Assembly (NCBI GenBank): GCA_043228905.1
Contig: JBHGNT010000015.1
Location: forward strand, 17,360,001-17,424,000
Direction: 5' to 3'
Length of the DNA stretch: 64,000 nt
From: Azolla caroliniana
Taxonomy: Eukaryota > Plantae > Polypodiophyta
The stretch's first letter is position 1, and the number at the start of each line of letters is the position of its first letter. A program made the position numbers and the translations under genes. A model generated the notes under the pieces. It worked only from the letters and a program-made list of their open reading frames with translations, was not told the DNA's origin and did no database searches. Positions 35,681 to 46,536 of this stretch are shown here, piece after piece.

Positions 35681-37580
35681 GAGTGTATTTTATTCGATTA
35701 ATCAATATTTAGATAAGAATATGTATTTAGATTGAAAGAAAGATATAAGAAACTTGTGAATCCCACAAGTATAGATTATATTATTTTCGTGAATCCCACG
35801 ATTATATTAATCGGTTGGTGTTTTCGGAAATATATCCAATTTCCAAATATTTCACACACCTATTACATTGTGCTCCCCATCCTTATGTAGTGATGGGAGA
35901 GACTAAGCATAACTACATGCTTTTTCTAATATGTTCATGCACACTAAATATGCATGTGATGCTTTTCTAATCCTTGCTTTTATTTGCTAAATATAGTGCT
36001 CATGCACGCTAGATGTGCATGAGTCACTTTTTAGTTGCTTGCGTTTTTCTATAAAATATTCACGCACTCTAAAAATGCACGATTTACCTTTTAATAAAGG
36101 TAGGCGCAAATAAAGCACTTATAGTTATTAAATCTATTTATAGAACACTAAAGATAAGGTAGCATAATGGTAAAGTTGAGGTTTGGCTACGTGGAGGTAC
36201 AAGGTTCAAATCTTGCCCTATGCACGTGATAAATATCTTGATATTTTTATTTTATTTATTGGTGATAAATATCTTGATATTCTTATTTTATTTATTTATA
36301 TGTAATTAAATCGGTTATATTATTTTTACTTTTTCACGTAGTGTACGAAATACACTACGACAACGTCACGACAACGGATTGATATTCTTGGGCGCTAACA
36401 GTAGCCATAGTATAGAAAAAGGATAGGAGGAGGAGGGAAAACGACAAGTAGACTTGAGGAAGGAAGAATTTGGTTCAAACTGTCAGGAATAGTACTAAAC
36501 AGAGAGAGAATTAGTACTAGAGAAGAGAAGTACTATTAGTACTAAGAGGACGGGATTGCGTAAGATTCCCGAGAGAGGAAGTGAGAAGAGGAGAGAGAAA
36601 GAGATAGCGAGAATGAGAGAGAGAGAAAGATGATGACAACATCTAATATATTATGTGAAAGATAAGTACAAAGTGGCTAAGAGGCTTAAGACTGGCGTTG
36701 AACCAATTTGGTTCAACATAATGCCTAGTGCCTTCTTTTATAGTGTTCTCAGGAGTAATCCTGAAACTTCTAGAATGTTCCAGAGAAATCTGGAATATAC
36801 ATTACTTTCTTATAATAAAGCATAAATGAAAATAATATCCTATGAATTACAATAGATGGTGTGATGGTTAAGAGCTCGACCCATATACCATAAGGTCATG
36901 GGTTCGAGTCTTGCCATATCGTGACAAAAGTAGACGTTCTCGGCTAGATGTATTCGAATGATCGGCCTAGCTATCTCATCCAAAGAGCACCATTTGTTTG
37001 TTGTCATCGAGGTTGGCTTGTTATTGTGTTGTATCGCCTCGATTTGATGTCAGATGATCAGTACATCCTACATCATCCCCTTCCATAGAGCAAAGCTCGT
37101 GTCGTCAAACTTCCGAATTTCCACTCCTGTGCCGAATGTTGAAGCCATGTTCTGTAGGAAGTGAGATTCGCTAACCTAGTCCTTTCCTTCAGTCGATTCT
37201 TCTCTTCTCAAATTTGTGTTGTTGTCGTTGTCGGACTGCAAGTCGCTTTGATACCAAATGTTGGATATTGAAGTTGATGTTGCAGAAGGTTGAGGACCTG
37301 TTAGTGAGTCTAGAAGACAATACAAGTAGCAAACAAGATAAAGTTATGCATTGTGACAAGATTCACAAAGGTGAAAGACAGAGAGATAGAGACAAAGATG
37401 TTTGAGCTCAAAGAGAGAGATTTTTGAGCTCAGAGAGAGAGATGTTTGTGCTTAGAGAGGCTATCTTACATTAGCCATTGATCTATGTTTGCAAGGTTAG
37501 TTACCCACTTATATAGTTTATTTAACTATGTGTTCACACTAGAGATACAAGGTGGGCAGAGTGGGACTTTTATCCCAACA

Positions 37581-40166
37581 TGGACCAAGTCGAGCGGACT
37601 CGGGGCTCTTGTCAAATGGGAGGTGGTAGTTTGTTTGCTGTATTGGCAATGCTTGCAAAACTGATGAGAAAGAGATCTTAGGGATGTAGTCGGCTCTAGA
37701 TAGGTGCATGATGTTGGCTTTGCTGAGGTGACCAAGTCATTCGTGCCATAGCTACGACACAGGAATTTCTACCAAGAATAGGTCAACCTCTCTAAGAGTG
37801 ACATATAGTGGGTATAGTGAGTGCACCTTCAGTCCTCTAGCAATCAGGAGGTTCCCCCTGTGGAGTGTCCACCCTCCTGTCGAGAAGTCGGCACAGATGT
37901 CGTTTTCGCCCAATTGTCCAACTAAGATCAATGGTCTTGAGAGCTCAATTACATGTCGAACGTTATGTAGTACAAGAGTAGAGCCACCCGGAAGGTTAAA
38001 CTCTACTGTGTTGATGCCAATTATCACACAATGTTGTGAATTATCCACTCTGACTGAGTCAGAATGTCACGCTGAGTATTGCCATAATTACGATCTATGA
38101 GGAGTCATATGGTACAACGCACCTTAATCTAGGAGCCAAGTGCTTGACTCTTCAGTCATACGCAGAACTTCTTATTCAACTGAGTGTTCTATGAAGAGGA
38201 TGTTCGGGTCATCTGTCAATACTTCGGCTAATGAGCCGATGTAGTTAACCTCCTCCTACCGGCTACCCTTGTGATCGGCTCCCCGAGCCTTATTGTTACT
38301 GGCTTTGAGGGCACGGTAGTTAGCCTTGATATGTATGGGTTTCTTGCAGTAGTTGCAGTTTCGATTATCCTGGGACTTGCTCAGGGTTCACGTATTAGTT
38401 GGTTGTCGAGAAGAACTTCCTCAGTTGTTTGGTCATTCGGTTGAACCTTGTATTATGTAGGCATCATTCGTCGAATCATGTACAAATGATTTCCTCTAAG
38501 GAAACTTCTATCAAGATTGAGCTCGTGACTTCATAGTACTTCACAATGGTAGTGGACGCATTGCACACAATTGTGACGAAAGTTTCCCACGAAGGGGGGG
38601 GACTACTCATTAGCAACATTGCTTTTAATTCGTCTTTGATTGTTGTCCCCTGAGTCAAAATTTGGGAGTTTAGGCTTTTGTACTCGTTGATGTGTGCCTG
38701 GACTGAATCGGATTCTTTCATTCGAAGGTTATAGAGGCGTCGGCTCAAATATATCTTGGTTGCGGCTACCTTCTTCGCATAGGTGTCCGACATCGTTTTT
38801 CATAGTTCGAAGGCTATCATACACAATTGCATCATGTAGAAGACAGATTCGGACAGGTGCATCCAAATAGTGGTACGAACGATTTGATCCAGCTTCGTCC
38901 ACTCATTCGGCTTGTATCCTTCTGGAGCGTCTTCGTTCTCAATAGGATCAATATGACCTTTTACAATCAGATAGTCCTGCATTTGCTCCTTCTAGAAGTT
39001 GAAGTTCGATTCATCAAACATCCTGAGACTCATCTCTAATGAACTGAATGTTGATGCCATTCTATATCGGCTTGGTAAGGTTTTGTCCGAAGTTAGCTAC
39101 AAACATTGGTTGATTGCAACTGGTGATCTCACTCGAATTCGTTCTAGCAGATTGGGACACGAGCCGATCGGCTTCAACTATCAGTGGGTTCTATCTAGAG
39201 TGACTACATCTGATTGGCTTAACCTAATTGGACCCATATTTGCCTATTGATTAGTCGATTGGATTCAAATGGTAGTTGGGTGTTAAACTTGCTCTGTATG
39301 GCTACGATGAGTAGAGGGACAGAGCCGACTAGTCTTCCCAAATATCAACTAGCCGAATTGAGCACAATTAACTACCAATCCTATTCTGATTGCTTATTTC
39401 AAGGTGTCGATCACAAATTTTGTGTCGTTTGTAATGCTAATCCTGGTATGAATGACTACAGTGAATGAGGGGACGGCACTGATGGGTATCTCCGAGTTTC
39501 GCTTAGCCGGATGGAGCACAAATGAGGTCGATTTGTTTAAAATCCCACTCTGAGCGACTACAACCACCAAGAAGAGTACAGCGGGCTGGCTTACTTGAGG
39601 TATGGTTTAGTTCAATGGAGTACGAATCAAGAGGGTGTCTTCTCTCTTCACCAGATAAGATCTAGAAGGGTGCCAATTAGAAGATTTCAATACGACTTAA
39701 ATCTAGGGTCTATTTTAGGACTTGAATCGACTTGAAGTCTTCAAGGGATTGAGACCAAGAATGCTATTGAAGGCAAATAATGGCCAGCAGCAAAATACAA
39801 AAACCAAGCTTTGATACCAAATGTTGAAAACTAAGACCATCAATATGTGGAAACAAGGAACAACACCCTTGATGAAGAACGGCAAGTTGATATGTAACTA
39901 AGCAAGATGAACAGAGAACAAGATCAATAGACAAAGTGTGACAAAGAGAGTGAGAGAGACAAAGAGGCACACAGTGTAACTATATTATTCCAAATGTTAC
40001 AATCAAAGAATGGCAACAACAACAACATGAACTAGGTTACAAAACCAGTTATATATACTAACTAGGCTAGGGCAACTACCCTTTAACATATTTACATAGA
40101 TGTCCTAAACCTATTTTGTCCAAGTGGGACAGTGTGAATACGGCCATTATGCACCTGTATTCGACA
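37581..40166 (-). mobile_element. Old truncated copia (5' LTR, leader, gag, protease, start of integrase)
   Basis: LTR about 39822-40166, PBS TGGTATCAAAGC 39808-39819, gag fragments 38476-38982, SPLDLVH at about 37590. Confidence 0.78.
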
Positions 40167-40453
40167 AGAGGATGAATGTCACTTGCTTTTGACATGCTCT
40201 GCATATAGTGTAATTCGTGAAAAGCTATGATGATATATTAAGAGGGGGTGATGGCTTGAGTATCATACTAAATATAACACCTAAAGGTTGAGCTCATATG
40301 TGTGTGCCTTATTTGCACACCAAGACTTAGTGCTTCAAAGTATGAGTATCACTTCTTAGGAAGGAGACACACATCAAGACACCTTTTGTACTTACGTCTT
40401 ATAGGTCAATATTGGCCTATCTATGGACACTAAAAATATCTATCTATGTATCT
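40167..40453 (+). mobile_element. 3' end of a non-LTR (LINE-like) retroelement
   Basis: EDECHLLLTCSAYSVIRE zinc-finger-like motif, tail ATATCTATCTAT; second copy at 63206-63460. Confidence 0.55.
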
Positions 40454-43400
40454 CACCCAGAAAAAAGAACTACAATTTGATCACATGCCTAAGTATGATC
40501 ATCCACATCCTAATTCCCAATGTCTCATGACCTAGATACCTTATTGAAAATTTGAGTGTTGGCCTTAATATAACAATGATGATGTTTGCCCTTTTCCCTC
40601 CAATGACATTCAATCTATTATTACAACCCCTCCACAAAGATTGAGAATGAAATTTTGAAATACGGTTATTCACAACCTATTATAAAAAGGGTTTGTGTTT
40701 GAGATTATCTAGCCCCATGAACCACCAATTATGGACTTCGTCCTAATTCCCCTAGACCCATGCAAGTAGACACATGCACAACTTACTTCTAAAGGGTTTC
40801 TTAAATTTGAACCTTGTGTTCCAAGCGTATCATAATATTGAGTTCAAGAGCTTTCTAATGTTATGCAATGCAATGCCCTTTGTACCAATCTAGGTTTGAT
40901 ATTTAGGCCATAATGGTGTAGCAAAGTGGGAGAAAATGTGTTTGAATTAGATAAAGAAGTTCAATGTTCTTTCAAAAGAATACATCCTAGTGTGAAATTG
41001 AATATTATAAACTATATAGTCATGCCAATTATAAACTATATCTTATGCTACAAAAATGAAGATTGAACTTGAGGTATGTATTCAATAATAATCGTAATCG
41101 TAGAATCAGAATGGTTGGCAAGGCAGAAGTATAATTTGCAATAACAAAGCCAAAGACATCAAATTCATGGAAAATCTAGACTTTCCAATGCCAATATGAA
41201 TAAAAAATTCCATGAACCAAAGGAAATTTGGCGTGTGGTACATTAAAAGCTCATATACTTGTTTGAAGTGGGTGCCATGTTATGATTGTTTGTAGATTGT
41301 GCATGGTCGAATAAGAGGGTCATACTTCAATCTTTGCTATGTATTTTTAGGCCCACCAATTGGTATGGTGTGTGAAAAGGAGGACCATAAATTTTGCTCG
41401 CCCCACAAGTAGACGTGACTTTTTCTAGAGATGTTCCCAATCTATGTATGTGGTAGTAATTATTTCAAAATTAGGAAATAAGGTTTAATTGTTTAGAAAG
41501 CATCAAACAAGGATGAACAATGATTCCACTCGAGATTGAGTCACATGTCTAAGTTACATAGTCTTAGGATGGCAATTATGTTTGTTGCATCATCCATCAT
41601 TTGGTGTAATGCCATAAAATTCCACAAATGTAAATAATACATTTATCCATATATTGCATCCTTCTCATTGTTTATAAAGAGTATGCAAATGTGAGGCTCT
41701 TGAAGCTCACAAAAAGTTATTTATCAAAAAGCAAACAAGACAAAGATGACTTTTCTTGAGATGGAACAAATGGACAAATGTCTTATCCATTTGGTGTACA
41801 ATATGGAACCTTTTTTTTTCCAAAAAGAAAAACTCCTTTCATTTGTTATAAAAGTTTACATAGAAGGGTGCTATATACAAATCCTTGTAGGGACGCGATA
41901 GTTCCATCTTATGTGGATGCCCACTGACTCAAGAAAGGGAGAGGACAACCATTGTTGGATGAAGGCTCGTCGTTGTCTTTCAACTCCATCAGAGCCGCCC
42001 TTGAGGCCATCGTATTGGCTCATTAGAGTGGCTACAACTTCACTCCATATTTCTTGTATTAACATCACTGGATGCATTGTTTGGTTGGAGAAAACCCGTC
42101 TACCGTTGTTTCCATAGAGTCCAAAGAGTTATTGGGCTGACCAATTTCAACACAACTTGAGATTTGGTAGTAATAGGAGTTGTAGTGGATATTGTCGATG
42201 GTGGAGAAAAAAACCTCTTGTGCTTTTATCACTAAAGTCATCCCCTCCTGATGCGTGTACCTGTCAACTAGGGTTTGCCATGATAACCAACATACATTTC
42301 CCCATTTGATTGTGCCTTGCATTTGGCATAATTGCAATAGGCGGCCAACCCCTCGCCATATTCAATGGGTCTTTAGGCGTTCCCAAAGAGTGTGTTAGAT
42401 TGATTCTGATGCATTTGGGCACTCTACACAATTAGGAGAGCTTAGATTTCCATGTTGCCACGCTCCAATCAGTAGTACCTTATGTATTAATAGCCATTGG
42501 AATGTGGTAATTCACCTCGCGTGATGCTGTTTCTAGATTTTCTACCAAAATTTGGTGATAATTGTGTGAGGAACATGATATGTGTGCCATACCTTTGCAG
42601 CAGTTACCTCTCAGGCAATTTGAGTGGCTAAAATGTGGCAACCCAATCTAGTCGAGAATTGGAAGAAAGGGATGGCTTTTCTTCCTTGACCCACATAAGG
42701 ATCGTTATGCCACGTCGATTGCAAAGGGTCCTAATTGACCTTACGTAGCCATGTCGTCTGATGAGTACATATGTGTCATTCTGGTTGTACTTTGATCAGA
42801 TCGGGATCTATAATCCATTTATGACCAATACATGTGAGTACTCAAATTTCTATATTCAATGTTAGTGCCTCATTCTCTTGCAATTCGTGGCCTTTGATCT
42901 TGTCTGATGGCTCCCTACCTCTTAGGATCAAAGAGCCCTCCTCCTTGTAGCCTATCCACTTCTCCATTGTCTTCCTTTGATTAGCATCTTCCCTAAGCAA
43001 TAGAGCATTAATGATTTCAGATCTCATAGTTCACCCGCCCCTGATTCCATGGAGTATGTTGGCTTGATCTTGTATTGGCAATGACATAAACCATCTCCAA
43101 CATTCCACACTCTTTCCTGGACCTTCTATAATATGGAACCTTAGGCAACCAGTGACCACCTTTGCAAAACATTGCTATCATGTACGCATACTCCAACAAT
43201 ATTGCCCCATTTTAGTCATGTATGCCTACACAAAAAAATGGTGTTTTCAAGGAATCCTACCTCCTCTCTACTCATCCCAACAAGTTACATATGTGTTTAT
43301 AGAGTCATTCTCAATATCTACTCTTCAACATAGATAAAGAGGCCATGATTCACCCACGTGCAAACATTTGTATGCATGTTTTCCTTTTGATTTCCTTTTC

Positions 43401-43498
43401 AACATCAATGGGGTCGAATGGTTATACTGGATTTACTCTCTTAGCAAAACATAATTTGTCAAAGAACATGGAGCAATGATACAATCAATCACCATGAT

Positions 43499-44062
43499 TA
43501 TAAATGGGCACAGTTTCGGCTCAAACTGAACCGAACCGTTAAGCCATGGTTTAATGGTTTATTGGTTCCAAAAAAAAGTAATGGTTTGGATTCTTGATAA
43601 ACGGTTCGATTCGGTTCTAAAACTCGGGTTTATAGGTTTACATGTTTGGTTTAAAGGTTTAAAGGTTTATATGTTTTTGGTTAACTTTTTGTTTTATACC
43701 TTAATAGTTTATTGATGTAATGGTTTAATTAATGGTTTTTTATTGATTTAATTAATTTAACTTAAATGTTTATTTAATTTAATGGTTCAATTAAAGTTTT
43801 TTTTATTGATTTAATAAATTTAACTTAAATGCTTATTTAATTTAATGTATTTTTGTTTCTTTAGATGTTTAACTAGTTTGACCACTTTGGTTTCAACTTT
43901 TCCCTAAACGGTTTGGTTTTAACATTTTCTTAAATAAATGGTTTGGTTTAAATACTGAGAGTTCATAAACGGTTTGGTTTTGTTTTGTTTTAAATAAACG
44001 GTTTGGTTTTGAATGGTTTGGTTTCTTTGCCTTGAAACCAAACCGAACCGTGCCCATTGCTA
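43499..44062. mobile_element. MITE / non-autonomous hAT-like element
   Basis: Imperfect TIRs AATGGGCAC(A/G)GTT..CGG, many subterminal AAACC(G)/GGTTT motifs, AT-rich core; no TSD found. Confidence 0.55.
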
Positions 44063-44782
44063 ATTTATAAAGGTGATCACATTCATAGCTACCTTAATGC
44101 ACAACAAGCTGTATTTATTCTATATGTTCCACTTCATTATGGGTTTCATAATAGATTTCAAGCGAGTGTAGTGCAAAACCTCTTAGATGATCCCACCATT
44201 GGCATAATTGAACAGGAATTGGTGTATAAGATTTCCAACAGTGGAATTGGTAAAAATTGATCCACAATAGTATTGATTGAAATGTCCTTTGAACTTTTAC
44301 AATACAAGTTGATACAATAGCTGATGGATGATTTCAGAGGAGCATACACAGAAGCCTATTCAAAGGATCGCTTAATAAACCAAACAACGAATGATGCCAC
44401 CACCTGATGAGCACATTCTCCTCTTGAATTTGGACCTACTGTGAATGGCAGATGAGAACCACCAATATTACAAAATGCATAAAGCCAAAGTCTTTGGGAA
44501 AAATGATCCTTTGATGGTTACCTTTTCATGTATGAAGTAACAGGAAATTACAAGAAAGCATGACAAAAAATACAGGACTTCAGTAGAAATTCAATATATT
44601 TCTGTTGAACTTTGTTCCCTTTTTCATGTTACATCTCATCCCAGCAACAAAGTGTTAAGAAACTATTTGAAGAGCTTGTAAAGGAGACTCGCATCTTTTA
44701 TACGAGTTCTGAAGCACAATCTTCTTCAGCGATGCATCCTGGAAAAGGGTACATAGAAAAGAAGTATATGATCTTTGAAGCT

Positions 44783-46536
44783 TTACGTGATTTTCTTTAT
44801 ACTTTCCATACTCTCTTCAGTTAATCTGTCACTCGAATGAGTTCGCGAGAGACTATTTTCCTTCCAATTATCAAGAGGGAATATCACATCGCTAAATGAG
44901 GATCGGAGGAAAGCCGAGGATATCACATGCCTTCTCTTTGGAGCAACCATAGCCAAATTACCTGCACGATCACGGATTGCATCTGGAGAGCATTTCACAT
45001 CATTGCTGGCATCACTATCATCGTCCTCCTCATCATCTTCATCATTATAAGATTTGAAATCTATGTTTGTCGTAAACCCATGAGCTTGTAAGGACTTCGG
45101 AAGAAAGCAGCTCCACATAGACCCTGCAGTAATGTGAGCAAATTTCCATTATTGAATGGATCTGAAATTTTAGCGATGAAACATGTTGTCTTTAGCTAAA
45201 TTATCTATTAATAGGTGGTTCTTGAAGATTAATTTCTTAAAATGTGGTCTTTGGGAAAATATTTGCTAAAATATGGCCTTTTGAAATTTTATTTCCTAAA
45301 ATGTGTTCCTTTGAGAGTTATTTAATTAAGCATATGTTGCTTAACAGATTCCAGTTCAAAAAACCTTACCTAATTTGGCAAGGCGATTTATCCAATTCGG
45401 CAAAGATGAGCGGACCAAACGTATGCACACGTCATCACAAAAATGATTGCAATTTTTGTAGATCAAATGATACGAGTCCCCAGTATATTCGCACGCAATT
45501 TCTTCTATGAATTCGCGGAACTTTTCTGGACTCATCCAAATGGTTCCCATGGTTAGCGACTTTCTAAATCTGAAGCCAGGGCATCGCATTGGTTCAACTT
45601 CGAAAACTCCACTAGTGGGATAATCATGTGCGCCATATGCGTACTCTGTACCATAGGCTGGAGAAAATAATTTACAAAAAATTAGTAAAATGCAGAGCCA
45701 TCATCAATCAATCATCATTACCATTATTCTACCTTAAAACAACTTCAAACAACTCAGTAAAATGTAAAGCCGCCATCATCTATCAATGTTCATCAGTGCA
45801 AGCACAAGTCATACATAAATCAAGAACTCCACTAGTGAGATAATCATGTGCACCATATGCGTACTCTGTACCATAAGCTGGGGAAAAAGAATTTACAAAA
45901 AAAATAGTAAAATGAATAGCCATCATCAATCAATCATCATTACCACTATTCTACCTTAAAACAACTTCAAACAACTCAGTAAAATGTAAAGCCACCACCA
46001 TCAATTTTCATCAGTGCAAGCACAAGTCCTACATAAAACAAGAAAGATAACAATGACACATAAAAAAAAATAGTAACTGGGCAAGTTCAATAGCCACAAT
46101 GATTTGATAATCATGATTGTTATTTCTAGTGGTATATTGTGCTTCTGTGGGCTAGCGGGCATGTGTGTATGTGCGTGTGCGCGCACGCGTCTGTGTTTGT
46201 GTTTGTGTCAATGTATATGCATATGCATATGCAGAAAGAAGTTGTGAAACTTCAACTATGAAACTTAATCTTTTCTAAAATTCTTTCATTTCTAACTCAT
46301 AAACCTTCATATTTCCTGAATTCCTTGACAATAACTGCCAGTTCTAATTAAGGATAAGTAGAATGAAAGAGCGCAAAAGCGATTGATTTACCTTCGACTG
46401 CAGAATGGAATGCACCAAGCCCTGCCCAGTATGTGTACCCATTCACAGGAGTAAGGTCATATATATTGAGCTTCAATGGCTCTCCTATCAAACTTGTCTC
46501 TTCTTTCATGTACTCAAACAGTCTCTTCCCTCCCAT
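44783..46536 (-). CDS. PPPDE / DeSI-like (peptidase C97) protein, 257 aa; exons 46392-46536, 45370-45657, 44783-45123
   Basis: LNIYDLTPVNGY..GAFHS, EYAYGAHDYPTSGVFEVEP, YHLIYKNCNHF (His/Cys dyad); GT-AG introns keep frame (145+288+341 nt). Confidence 0.92.
45605..46044. repeat. 220-bp tandem duplication spanning the intron 1 / exon 2 boundary of the DeSI-like gene
   Basis: 45605-45824 repeated at 45825-46044. Confidence 0.88.

Larger units (their letters stand above)
33097..36362 (-). mobile_element. Non-autonomous gag-only LTR element Y (TR-GAG-like)
   Basis: 823-bp LTRs 33097-33919 and 35540-36362, apparently identical; 4-bp TSD ACGT; tRNA-Trp PBS; PPT GGAGGGGGCGAG; no pol. Confidence 0.92.
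32033..36373 (+). mobile_element. Solo LTR X (32033-33096 plus 36367-36373) inserted in the gag of element C
   Basis: TGCCGTGA..TCACGACA ends, 4-bp TSD ACGG (32029-32032, 36374-36377); gag of C rejoins across it; TATTTAAA near 32572. Confidence 0.82.
26940..36926 (-). mobile_element. Full-length Tcn1-like chromovirus element C with a defective coding region
   Basis: 446-bp LTRs 26940-27385 and 36481-36926 (2 differences seen), 5-bp TSD AAAGT, PPT, gag-PR-RT-RH-INT fragments, partly deleted chromodomain. Confidence 0.95.
25935..37580 (-). mobile_element. Old truncated copia (5' LTR, gag, protease) split by chromovirus C
   Basis: LTR 37259-37580 (TGTTGG..CCAACA), iMet-type PBS 37245-37256, gag remnants 26700-37150, protease WLLDSGATFYVT near 26200. 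Confidence 0.75.

Noticed and set aside
41800-43300. Coding-like degenerate stretch
   Set aside because: No family could be recognised in any frame
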